From assembly GCA_044378005.1 (NCBI GenBank), contig JBILYB010000011.1: a stretch of 64,000 nt of DNA; one strand, given 5' to 3'. Of this stretch, positions 46,597 through 55,010 are shown piece after piece. The notes beneath the pieces were generated by a model, which had not been told where the DNA came from, made no database searches, and saw nothing but the letters and a program-made list of their open reading frames with translations. The first letter of the stretch is position 1. Each line of letters opens with the position of its first letter. The DNA comes from Prosthecobacter sp. Its GTDB lineage: Bacteria; Verrucomicrobiota; Verrucomicrobiia; Verrucomicrobiales; Verrucomicrobiaceae. A program made the translations under genes and the position numbers.

Positions 46597-48162
46597 ATGA
46601 ATCTTCCGCCCCCTGAGACCACTCCTTTGACCGAGAATCATGGCCCGTCGCCCTGGTCGAAACCGCCGCAGCGTGGCTTCTTCAGTTCGTTGATCCGGGT
46701 GCTCGTGCTCATCATCATCGCGTTGCTGCTGGTGATTCCATTCACGCCCTTTGCTGGAAAGATCAAACAGGGGCTCAAAGAGATCGTCGCTGCTGCACGA
46801 GCCGGGCAGGCTCGGGTGATCACACGCGAGGTCGAGGTGGAAAAGCGGGTCGAGGTGCCGAAGGAGATCATCAAAGAAGTCATCAAGGAAGTGCCCGCCC
46901 CGCCCGTGCCGCTGCCGGACGACTACATCCCGCGCAAGGAGGCTGATGTGGCCACCTTCTTCAACGGCATCACCATCAAGACAAAATTGCAAACCGAGCA
47001 GGGTACCTACGCCAGTCTGGAGCGCCTGAATCCTGAGGCATACAAGGCCGAGTTCCAGCTCAGCGTTCGTGTGCCGAAGGCCAATCAAACCGTCGATGAG
47101 CTCTCCCGCATCAATCCCGCCCTTACCGCGCTGCTGCCGGATCTCAAAGCCATGCTGCCCACCGCGAAGGTCTCCGGCTTCTACCACAAGCTTTACGAAA
47201 ACAAGACCAGCGCCATCCAGCGCGACCTCACCCGGCTGAATAAAATCCTCGATCGTCACAACTTCTTCGACTGCGAGACCATCCTGGAGATGACGCATCC
47301 GGTCTCGAAGCGGAAGGCATTGCTCATCCAGTCCGAGATGGATGTCGTGTGCGATGGCTCTGACGGGGACCGCATGGCCACCCTGGATGAGTACATCTTC
47401 ATGTCCGACTACTACCAGCCCTTTACCAGCTACGCCTGGGCAAAGAAGACCAAGACGCCGAACCCCTTGCTCGCCAGATGGGAAGAGCGGCTGACGAAGG
47501 CAAAGGAGCAGTTCAGCGTGAAGGGACTGCCCGCCGACAAGAACCGCGAACTTAAAGTGCTGATCGACCAGCTCGGTCTGGAGATCAAAGACATGAAGGC
47601 ACGCAGCAGCCTCATCGCGGAGAAAGATCCCTTCATCGTGCTTTCGCTTCTCTTTCGTGGTTACACCGCCACCAACAAGCATACCCCGCAGATGGGTGAT
47701 TACGCCGTCGTGATCTATGGTGACAAGATGTACCCCGCCATCTGTGGAGACTACGGTCCCACACAAAAGATGGGTGAGGCCTCCCTCTTTTTGGCCAAGA
47801 CCATCAATGAGAAAGCCACGCCCTACCGCCGCCCCGAGAGTGATTTAAAGGTCACCTATCTCATCTTCCCCGGCACCGCTGAGAAACCAAACGCACCTCC
47901 CAATCTCGACCAATGGCATGAGAAGTGCAGCGCCTACCTCACCGAGATCGGTGCCCCCGGCCCAGGCCGTGAGCTGCACCGCTGGGAAGACCCGTTCAAG
48001 AAGCCCGAGCCTCCACCCGTCGTCGTCGCCCCTCCTGCCGTCGTCGCTCCAGCAGGTTCGGTCACGGGTGTTCCACCTGCCACCCCACCTGCGGCTCCCT
48101 CCGCTGCTCCTACGGCTCCCACCCCACCGCCTGCCGAGGTGCCGAAGTCAGGTGGGATGTGA
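46597..48162 (+). CDS. Membrane-anchored glycoside hydrolase family 75-like protein
   Basis: N-terminal TM, 'MDVVCDG', 'GDYAVVIY...GDYGP...GEAS' and a Pro/Ala-rich tail. Confidence 0.75.
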   Translation: MNLPPPETTPLTENHGPSPWSKPPQRGFFSSLIRVLVLIIIALLLVIPFTPFAGKIKQGLKEIVAAARAGQARVITREVEVEKRVEVPKEIIKEVIKEVPAPPVPLPDDYIPRKEADVATFFNGITIKTKLQTEQGTYASLERLNPEAYKAEFQLSVRVPKANQTVDELSRINPALTALLPDLKAMLPTAKVSGFYHKLYENKTSAIQRDLTRLNKILDRHNFFDCETILEMTHPVSKRKALLIQSEMDVVCDGSDGDRMATLDEYIFMSDYYQPFTSYAWAKKTKTPNPLLARWEERLTKAKEQFSVKGLPADKNRELKVLIDQLGLEIKDMKARSSLIAEKDPFIVLSLLFRGYTATNKHTPQMGDYAVVIYGDKMYPAICGDYGPTQKMGEASLFLAKTINEKATPYRRPESDLKVTYLIFPGTAEKPNAPPNLDQWHEKCSAYLTEIGAPGPGRELHRWEDPFKKPEPPPVVVAPPAVVAPAGSVTGVPPATPPAAPSAAPTAPTPPPAEVPKSGGM

Positions 48163-48331
48163 AGTGTCGAGTCGTCGAGACAGTCCTCGTTCCTGCTTCA
48201 CCAAACTGAGATCGACGATGCTATAAGGCTGGCACGCAGACTGGAATCAAAGGGAGATCCCATGGCGGGTCGCCCACCTCCGTGCTCAAATTGATCTTGT
48301 CGTTCGCCGGTGATTTTGCCATCATTCTGGT

Positions 48332-48347
48332 TGGCCTGACTTTGGCA
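48332..48347 (+). promoter_or_regulatory. Possible sigma54 promoter
   Basis: TGGCCTGACTTTGGCA keeps GG-N10-GC spacing about 30 nt before ATG 48378, with three mismatches to the consensus. Confidence 0.3.
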
Positions 48348-48377
48348 GGCCTTTCCAACCCAGACAAGGTGCCTCCT

Positions 48378-50651
48378 ATGAAAGCATGCCGCACACGCAA
48401 AACGCTCTCGTCTCACGCCCGAAAAAGCCTCGTGCTGATGGGCCTCTCAGCCTCGCTCTTCGGAGGGCCTGACGCCGGCGCTCAGACTCCGGCACCCGCC
48501 GCACCTGCTCCCGCGAAGCCCGCGAAAAAGGAGGAGCCCTTTGTCCCCGCGCCGACCATCACTCCGGCAGACATGGAGTACGCCACCAGCATCGCACTGG
48601 CCACTGGGGTGAAAAAGCTCAAGGACCTCGCGAATGCCGACCCCCAGGGCTGGATCATCCCGCCCATCCAGCGCGTGCGCATCACAGGCTACAAAGACGT
48701 GCCCCGCAAGTTCCGCCGGATCGAGATTGACCGGGCCATCTATGAGTACACCGACCTCGTCGTGATGGTGCCCAATCCCTCTCCGGGCGAGCCGCCGCTG
48801 CGTCAGGTGCGCAAGGTGCCCACGAAGCAGATCGGCACGAAGAAAGAAACCATCATCCGCTGGGACCCAAACGGCACGGAGGAGATGATCGACAAACAGC
48901 CCATCTATGAGCACGTCGGAGACACCTCCTGGCAGTTCAATCTCATCGGCGACTCCGCAATGGCGCTCACCGCCCTGCGGAATGCGGGCCTGCCAGAGAC
49001 AGATCTCGTCATCTACCGCATGACAGAGAACCTGCTGAACTACCTCGACACCTACGGCGCGCCCGACCACACTTGGAACATCGCCCAGCTCGCCATCGCC
49101 CTCTCCCGCACACCCGGGGAGATGGCGGAGGAATGGACAAACAAGCTCGCCTCCCGGCTGCTCGACGGCCAGATCTCCGATGGCCCAGCGCGCGGCCTGT
49201 GGGGGCCGATGTCCATCCACCCGCGCCTCCTCGCCATCGTCATCCGCGACTTCCTCGCCGGTGAAGCAGAGGTGGAAAGGCTCAAGGCAAAGCATCAAAA
49301 GCAACCCACCCGGGCCAACCAACTGCTCATCGATGTCGCCGAAGGTGGCCGCAACCGCTTGAAGAAATACGCCGACTCCTGGTCGCGCAATGCCCTGCGT
49401 TTTGCCTCCGTCGAGTGGCCCCTCGTGTGGGATGATCAACTGGCTGAAAAGGTGCAGTTCGGCGGAGCCACGGAGTTCTTCTACAATCAGCGCGCCGCAG
49501 ACATGGAGAGCACCTGGATCGCCCTCCACGCGCTCTCCGAATGCGCCGCCGCCGGGCGTCTGCCCAAGGAATCCCTGCGCCCCGAAATCCCACCTTCCTA
49601 CAGCTCCCAGGTGAAGTTTGGCGAGGCACCGAAGCCGCAGGCCGCCGTCAAATCCCAGCTCAACGCCACCACCGTGCCGCCGGAGAACGCCATCGCCGTG
49701 CTCGCTCGTGCCGCCAACGCGCTCGTCACCCTGCTCGGCGATGCCTCCGCCTGGAGCGAGGGCAACATCCACCAGCCCGTGACCGACTTTGACACCTTTG
49801 ACAAATACCTCGCCGTGCCCGTCATCGCCGACAGCTTCCCGCCGCTGAACTCGCCCATCACCCCTGTCAGCGCCGCTCAGGGAGTCGCCGCGCTCGACAG
49901 CATCGGACGCGTCGTCGGCATTGAAAAGATGGGCAAGTTCCTGCCCAAGTATGAAGTCGGTGCCAAAGGCCGCGTGATGCTGATGGCCGAGCATCTGTCC
50001 ACGCTTTGGAAGAAGCAGAACCAGAAGCCCAACGCAGCCGTCGCCAACCCGGCGCTCTTCGAGCTGCTCCTAGCCAGCTCCCGCCCGCTGAAGATGCCCG
50101 CCGCCCTCAGTGCCGGTGGTGAAAACCATGCCGACATCTTCACCCGCATGATCATCCTCGCCGCCGATGCCGACGGCTCCTGGGGAGCCCGCTTCAAGCG
50201 CAGCTACCAGACCAGCAGCATGCGCGAGCGCTGGAAAGCCATGTCCGAGATGCCCGGACGCGTCTGGCGGGACTGGCGGGTGAACCTGCCCGTCGATATC
50301 AACAAAGCCCACGTCGCCTACTGGAATCATGCCAGCAGCGAATACACCGTCAGCCCCGGTACACCCTTTGCCACCGCCATCGCCGTGAATTACCTCGCCT
50401 CACGCCTCAAAGATCCCGCCTCGACGATTCCCCGTCTCATGGATGACTCCCGGCTCCCCGAACAGCGCAAAGGCATCGAGACCGTCCTCATCCCGCCACC
50501 ACCACCCCCTCCGCCGCCGAAGCCCAAAGTCGTGGCACCTCCGCCCCCTGCCGTCGCCAAAGCCGCCGAGCCCAAGAAGGTCGAAATCGTCGTGCCCAAG
50601 ATCGAGGACAAGCCCAAGGACGCCACGCCAAAGAAGGACGAGAGTTTCTGA
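48378..50651 (+). CDS. Large secreted hypothetical protein with prenyltransferase-like helical repeats and Pro-rich ends
   Basis: Signal-like N-terminus. 'GDSAMALTAL', 'DMESTWIALHAL' and 'DADGSWG' resemble alpha/alpha toroid repeats. Strong codon bias. Confidence 0.75.
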   Translation: MKACRTRKTLSSHARKSLVLMGLSASLFGGPDAGAQTPAPAAPAPAKPAKKEEPFVPAPTITPADMEYATSIALATGVKKLKDLANADPQGWIIPPIQRVRITGYKDVPRKFRRIEIDRAIYEYTDLVVMVPNPSPGEPPLRQVRKVPTKQIGTKKETIIRWDPNGTEEMIDKQPIYEHVGDTSWQFNLIGDSAMALTALRNAGLPETDLVIYRMTENLLNYLDTYGAPDHTWNIAQLAIALSRTPGEMAEEWTNKLASRLLDGQISDGPARGLWGPMSIHPRLLAIVIRDFLAGEAEVERLKAKHQKQPTRANQLLIDVAEGGRNRLKKYADSWSRNALRFASVEWPLVWDDQLAEKVQFGGATEFFYNQRAADMESTWIALHALSECAAAGRLPKESLRPEIPPSYSSQVKFGEAPKPQAAVKSQLNATTVPPENAIAVLARAANALVTLLGDASAWSEGNIHQPVTDFDTFDKYLAVPVIADSFPPLNSPITPVSAAQGVAALDSIGRVVGIEKMGKFLPKYEVGAKGRVMLMAEHLSTLWKKQNQKPNAAVANPALFELLLASSRPLKMPAALSAGGENHADIFTRMIILAADADGSWGARFKRSYQTSSMRERWKAMSEMPGRVWRDWRVNLPVDINKAHVAYWNHASSEYTVSPGTPFATAIAVNYLASRLKDPASTIPRLMDDSRLPEQRKGIETVLIPPPPPPPPPKPKVVAPPPPAVAKAAEPKKVEIVVPKIEDKPKDATPKKDESF

Positions 50652-50660
50652 GTCTGCCCT

Positions 50661-50701
50661 GTTCGCAGCCCCGCCCTGCGAGCTACGGGACGGAACTCCG
50701 T
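50661..50701 (-). repeat. GTAG-type REP-like hairpin plus adjacent palindrome
   Basis: On the minus strand GTAG-C-TCGCAG-ggcgggg-CTGCGA-AC. Adjacent hairpin ACGGA-AC-TCCGT at 50690-50701. Confidence 0.45.
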
Positions 50702-50710
50702 TCTCCGAGT

Positions 50711-51253
50711 TTAACCCGCCGGAGGAGGCGCGGGAGGCGTCGGCGACTCTTCCTCACCACCGCCGCCCGTGCTCATCACATGACCGGCGATCTTCCAGGC
50801 ACCCAGTACCGTCGGGTCATTGCGGAAGCGGTTCTTGATGACGGCATCCAGGCATTTCACCATGTCCGCGCCCTGCTTCAGCAGACCGGGCAGCGACGCC
50901 GTCGCGCCGCCCTGCCCCTGGAGGGCACCGCCCTGGGAGCTTTCCGCCTCCTGCACATCCAGCGCTTCAGCATTTAGATCCGCCACAATGTCGCCGTCAT
51001 AACCATGCTCGGTGAAATCGGCGGCCAGATTCAGCTCCGTGATCGCCGTGGCAAAGGCCTGACCGGCGGCCACCAGCAGCGTATCATTCGCCAGCGGCGG
51101 CACCGGAGTTTTTGTGCTTCGGGTGTCCTTCGAGGATTGTCTCGCCCTTTCAGGGCACCGAGCTTTTGGGGCCGCGTTACCCAGGGCGTTGCCCTGGGCT
51201 GAGTTGTTTCGCCCCTTTGGGGCTTGGGCATTTGGCTTCGCGGGTTTCGTCAC
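50711..51253 (-). CDS. Hypothetical protein with a REP-derived N-terminal segment
   Basis: GTG start with an upstream GGAGG. The C-terminal half looks helical and conserved ('LDAVIKNRFRNDPTVLGAWKIAGHV'). Confidence 0.65.
   Translation of the reverse strand: MTKPAKPNAQAPKGRNNSAQGNALGNAAPKARCPERARQSSKDTRSTKTPVPPLANDTLLVAAGQAFATAITELNLAADFTEHGYDGDIVADLNAEALDVQEAESSQGGALQGQGGATASLPGLLKQGADMVKCLDAVIKNRFRNDPTVLGAWKIAGHVMSTGGGGEEESPTPPAPPPAG
51144..51223. repeat. Three-hairpin REP-like element
   Basis: GCCCT-TTC-AGGGC (51144-51156), CCCAGGGC-GTT-GCCCTGGG (51180-51198) and GCCCC-TTT-GGGGC (51211-51223). Confidence 0.8.
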
Positions 51254-51489
51254 GCGGAGGGCTCCTCCCGGTAAAAGTACACATCAAGATCGACACGGTT
51301 TTGGGGCAGCGAAGGCAGCGGGTCGGGCGTGGGCGGCGGCGAGGAGGGGCCGACCGCACCCAGAGTCTCCCGATCCCAAATTCGAGGCTCTGATTCTGCC
51401 TCAGCTAAGCAGTTCAGAGCAAGTGAAGGGGGCCCAAAATAGCACCGCGCCCAGCTCGCGGGTGAGTCTGCCTCCGTGCTCATGATCCA

Positions 51490-51539
51490 CCGCAAAGAGT
51501 ATCGATCCTCAGCCTCTATGATCTCTGCGCTCTTTGCGG
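51490..51539. repeat. Palindromic REP-like element (CCGCAAAGAG type)
   Basis: 10-bp inverted repeat CCGCAAAGAG (51490-51499) and CTCTTTGCGG (51530-51539). Confidence 0.65.
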
Positions 51540-51588
51540 CTCAACTTTTCTAAAACATACCCAGAATGAACCTCAATGAGCGAACACA

Positions 51589-52128
51589 TCAGGCCTTGCC
51601 AGACTTCAGCAGCGCCAGGAAACCGTCGGCTGGGTCGGCATGGCGAGAACGCGTAACCTTCTTGGCGGCGATTTTCTTCTTGGGGGCTTCGAGTTCCTGC
51701 TTCCGCAGGGTGACTTCGACCACATCATAGAGCGAGTACTTGTCCAGAATGTTGGCGATGGCATTGCGGACATCGATCATCAGCATCCGCAGGCCGCAGT
51801 GCTCCTCGTCGGGGCAGGAGCACTTCACATATTCGGTCTCACTGGCGCAACTGATCGGAGCCAGCTTGCCATCAATGAGCCGCACGACATCGCCCATCTT
51901 GATGGACTTCATCGGCTTTGCGAGCTTGGCACCGCCGTATTTGCCGCGAACGCTTTCCACATAGCCCGCGGTGCGCAGTTCCATGAGGATCGCCTCCAGG
52001 AATTTGAAGGGCAGGTGCTCCTGATGCGCGATGTTCGAAACCGAGATGACGCCTTCCTTGTTCCAGTCGGCGATGCCGAGACGAATCATGGTTCTAAGAG
52101 CGTACTCTCCGCGTTTGGTCAGGGTCAT
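51589..52128 (-). CDS. Rrf2 family transcriptional regulator
   Basis: 'TKRGEYALR', 'FLEAILMELR', 'RGKYGG' and a Cys cluster C-x8-C-x-C-x5-C. Start is ATG 52128. Confidence 0.93.
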   Translation of the reverse strand: MTLTKRGEYALRTMIRLGIADWNKEGVISVSNIAHQEHLPFKFLEAILMELRTAGYVESVRGKYGGAKLAKPMKSIKMGDVVRLIDGKLAPISCASETEYVKCSCPDEEHCGLRMLMIDVRNAIANILDKYSLYDVVEVTLRKQELEAPKKKIAAKKVTRSRHADPADGFLALLKSGKA

Positions 52129-52134
52129 GGTGGT

Positions 52135-52220
52135 GGGTGAGAAGATGAATAGCTGCCTATCCCTACGGTGCAAACAGGGATTCGCGACCGTGAAACGACC
52201 CTGGCCTTGTGTTCTCACCC
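52135..52220 (-). promoter_or_regulatory. Candidate structured 5' leader of the Rrf2 gene
   Basis: 9-bp closing inverted repeat GGGTGAGAA/TTCTCACCC enclosing the inner stem ATCCCT/AGGGAT, ending 6 nt before the ATG. Confidence 0.4.
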
Positions 52221-52233
52221 AAAAATGTTGGAT

Positions 52234-52466
52234 TCACTCGGCTCCGCCAGCAGCACGACGGCGCTTTTCCTCCTCATCTTCTTCTTCGTCACTGCCGCCG
52301 CCATAGCCGAGGACTTCGACGGTAATGATGGAGGGTAGCTCTTCTTTGGAGGAGGTGTCGCGGTCTGGGCTGTGGCAGCGGAGTTGGTGGCGGAACTGCT
52401 GCTGTTGGCGGCGCTGATGCCGCTGGTCGGGGCTCCAGTGGTGGCTCCGCCGACGGAGATGTTGAG
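52234..52466 (-). pseudogene. Frameshifted remnant of a filamentous-haemagglutinin family (DUF3739-like) C-terminus
   Basis: Frame A reads LNISVGGATTGAPTSGISAANSSSSATNSAA. Frame B reads SKEELPSIITVEVLGYGGGSDEEEDEEEKRRR-stop. Both resemble the end of these proteins as I recall them. Confidence 0.65.
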
Positions 52467-52658
52467 CGGGGTTCATCCTGATCACCGGCAGAAGCGGGCT
52501 GGTGGTGACACATTATTGACGGGTTGTGCGAATTCACGGCAAAGCCGGATCTCTGACGATGCCTCGTATGGGGTGTAACCCTACCTGGGCAGATAGGCAT
52601 TGCTGCGGCGGGCGAAACTGGGCGATAGCAGATTTTTAGTCCTCATGACGACACTGCG

Positions 52659-54044
52659 ATGAACCCACCTCAAAACATGGAAAGCGCTGGCGTGGCTACC
52701 GCCCCGACCGAGGACAAGCGCACGCGGCTCAAGCGCTGGCTGGACAGTGGCAAGGCGGCGCTGCATCCGCTGACTTTTCCGCAGCGTGAGCTGTGGGAGG
52801 CCTCACCGGTGGCTGTCGCGGATCAGACAAACACGATCTGCTGCTTGATCGAAATCAAAGGTGCGATCACTGAGCAGGACTGCACGGCGGCGATGCAGCG
52901 TGTGGTGAACAGACATGAGGTGCTGCGGCTGTCCTTTCTGCCGAGCAAAGGCCAGGCGGTGCAGATGATCCAGGCGCAGAGCGAGCCGGTGATGCGGTTC
53001 CGTGACCTGCCATCGTCATCGGCGAGATCGGAGGCGGTGGATGCGGCGGCGCAGGAGACCTTCGACGCGCCTTTCGATCTGGTGCAGGGGCCGTTGTATC
53101 GTGTGGAGGTGCTGCGGCGCTCGCCGACGGATCATGTGCTCGTCGTGGCGATTCATCATGCGATTGCCGATGGCTGGTCGCTCGGCGTGCTGGTGCAGGA
53201 TTTGTATTCGGCTTACGCGCAGGGGATGCTGGGCGCGAGCGGCGGACTGCCGCCTGTGCCGCAGTCCTACATGGCCTGGGGGGCGGCTGAGCGCGCGCTT
53301 TGGCAGCCTGCGCTGCTGGAGCAAAGAGCGGCATTTTGGAAAACGCATCTCGCTGGTTCCTCTCGGCTTTGGGATGATCGCGCGGATGCGCTGGATGAGT
53401 CGGATCAATTGCAGCGGCGCATTGCCGGTGTGTCTGCCGAACTGGGCCTCGCGGTGCGTGAATTAGCACGACGCACGAGCGCAACACTGTTCAGCACTTT
53501 GCTCGCGGCCTTTCAAATCACGCTGTCGCGATGGACCGGCGTGACTGACATCGTGGTGGGCACACCAGTGGCAAATCGCGCACGTCAGGAAGTACGCGAG
53601 ACGATGGGCTACTTCTCCAGCATCGTGCCCTTGCGCGGGCAGGTGGATGATAGCCGCTCGTTCTCCGACAGCCTCCGCGCCGTGCATCAATCGACGATGG
53701 ATTGCTTTGCCAATGCCATGCCCTTTGCCGAACTCGTGAGCGCAGTCGATCCACCTCGACTGCCGGGTCGCAATCCCATCTATGAAGTGCGTTTTGCGCT
53801 GCAAAACCAACCTGTACCCGATCTGGCAGTGGCGGGGTTTTCCGTCCAGCTCAAGATCCGTGCCACGGGCACACCGCGATTCGATCTCGCCTGTGAAATC
53901 ACGGAAGAAGGTGATGGCTTGGAAGTCGTCTGGTTGTTCCGCTGGAGCCGCTTTTCTCAATCGGAAATCGAGGAGCTGCATCGTCTCTTTCTCACCGTCC
54001 TCACCGCCGTCTGCGCCTCGCCCGACAGCCGACTTTCGATCTGA
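52659..54044 (+). CDS. Stand-alone NRPS condensation domain protein
   Basis: 'PLTFPQRELW', 'RHEVLRLSF', active-site HHAIADG, 'FDLVQGPLYR', 'VVGTPVANR' and 'PRFDL'. No A or T domain. Confidence 0.92.
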   Translation: MNPPQNMESAGVATAPTEDKRTRLKRWLDSGKAALHPLTFPQRELWEASPVAVADQTNTICCLIEIKGAITEQDCTAAMQRVVNRHEVLRLSFLPSKGQAVQMIQAQSEPVMRFRDLPSSSARSEAVDAAAQETFDAPFDLVQGPLYRVEVLRRSPTDHVLVVAIHHAIADGWSLGVLVQDLYSAYAQGMLGASGGLPPVPQSYMAWGAAERALWQPALLEQRAAFWKTHLAGSSRLWDDRADALDESDQLQRRIAGVSAELGLAVRELARRTSATLFSTLLAAFQITLSRWTGVTDIVVGTPVANRARQEVRETMGYFSSIVPLRGQVDDSRSFSDSLRAVHQSTMDCFANAMPFAELVSAVDPPRLPGRNPIYEVRFALQNQPVPDLAVAGFSVQLKIRATGTPRFDLACEITEEGDGLEVVWLFRWSRFSQSEIEELHRLFLTVLTAVCASPDSRLSI

Positions 54045-54050
54045 TCACCC

Positions 54051-55010
54051 ATGAACAACACAGCAACACCTGAAAATGTGATCGAACTGCCCGGAAGGCA
54101 TTCCGTAGACAGCACGGCCTTCCAGTTGCTCGTGATCGCACTGGCTGTGACGGAGCTGGGGATCATCGCGGCGGTGATGCGAGGCTGGTTTTGGCTCGTG
54201 GTGCCGCTCGCTCTGGTGGCGAGTCATTTCATGCATGGCGTGCTGGTCGGGTTTCATGAAGCGTCACACGGTTTGCTGCGTCGGAACCGGCGCTTCAATG
54301 AGTTCGATGGTGTGCTCACCGGGCTGTTCAGCTTCACGAGTTTCAGCCTGTATCGCGCGGCGCATCAGACGCACCACGCCTTCCTCGCCACGGAGCGCGA
54401 TGAGGAGCTGTGGCCGTTCGTCGATACGACAAAGCCACGCTGGGCCAGGCGGCTCTTCGCGTTCCTCGAACTCAATCTGGGCCTGCTGTTCACGCCGTTT
54501 CTGTTTTTGCGGACATTCTTCCGCCGAGGCTCGCCGATCCGTAACAGAAAGGTGCGTCGGCGCATCTGGGCGGAGATCATCATGATCGTCGTCGTGTGGA
54601 CCAGCGTGCTGTGGGCGGTGACGCACTGGCAGGTGTGGACGTATTTTTTGTGGATGTATGTCGTGCCCGGTGTGCTGGCCGCGAACATGCAGAGCTGGCG
54701 CAAGTACATCGAGCACGTCGGTCTCACAGGCGGCACGGTGAATGGTGCCACGCGCAACATCGTGTCACAGACACCGCTCGGGCGCTTCCTCGCCTACACG
54801 CTGCTGCATGAACCCTACCACGGTGTGCATCACCTGCACTCAGGCATCCCGCATGATGCTCTGCCGCGCTTTTTGCCCGAACTCGATCCCACCCGACCCG
54901 ACGAGCAGCCACTGTATCCGAGCTACTGGAGCGCGGTGAAACACTTGGTCCGCAATCTCGCCGATCCGCGCGTGGGAGCGCAGTGGAACAACGACCCTTT
55001 TCAATCATGA
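54051..55010 (+). CDS. Membrane fatty acid desaturase family protein
   Basis: Three His boxes (HEASH, HQTHH, HGVHH) and several TM helices. Confidence 0.9.
   Translation: MNNTATPENVIELPGRHSVDSTAFQLLVIALAVTELGIIAAVMRGWFWLVVPLALVASHFMHGVLVGFHEASHGLLRRNRRFNEFDGVLTGLFSFTSFSLYRAAHQTHHAFLATERDEELWPFVDTTKPRWARRLFAFLELNLGLLFTPFLFLRTFFRRGSPIRNRKVRRRIWAEIIMIVVVWTSVLWAVTHWQVWTYFLWMYVVPGVLAANMQSWRKYIEHVGLTGGTVNGATRNIVSQTPLGRFLAYTLLHEPYHGVHHLHSGIPHDALPRFLPELDPTRPDEQPLYPSYWSAVKHLVRNLADPRVGAQWNNDPFQS

Noticed and set aside
47990-48160. Pro/Ala-rich low-complexity tracts (also 50500-50560 and 63704-64000)
   Set aside because: These are ordinary disordered linkers at protein termini, not nucleotide-level repeats.
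48227-48244. TGGCACG sigma54-like -24 box
   Set aside because: The -12 position reads GG instead of the required GC.
52500-52658. Possible c-di-GMP riboswitch or small ACP gene upstream of the condensation gene
   Set aside because: Only a GGCAAA fragment matches, with no GAAA tetraloop/receptor architecture. The gap is too short for an ACP and has no DSL-type motif.
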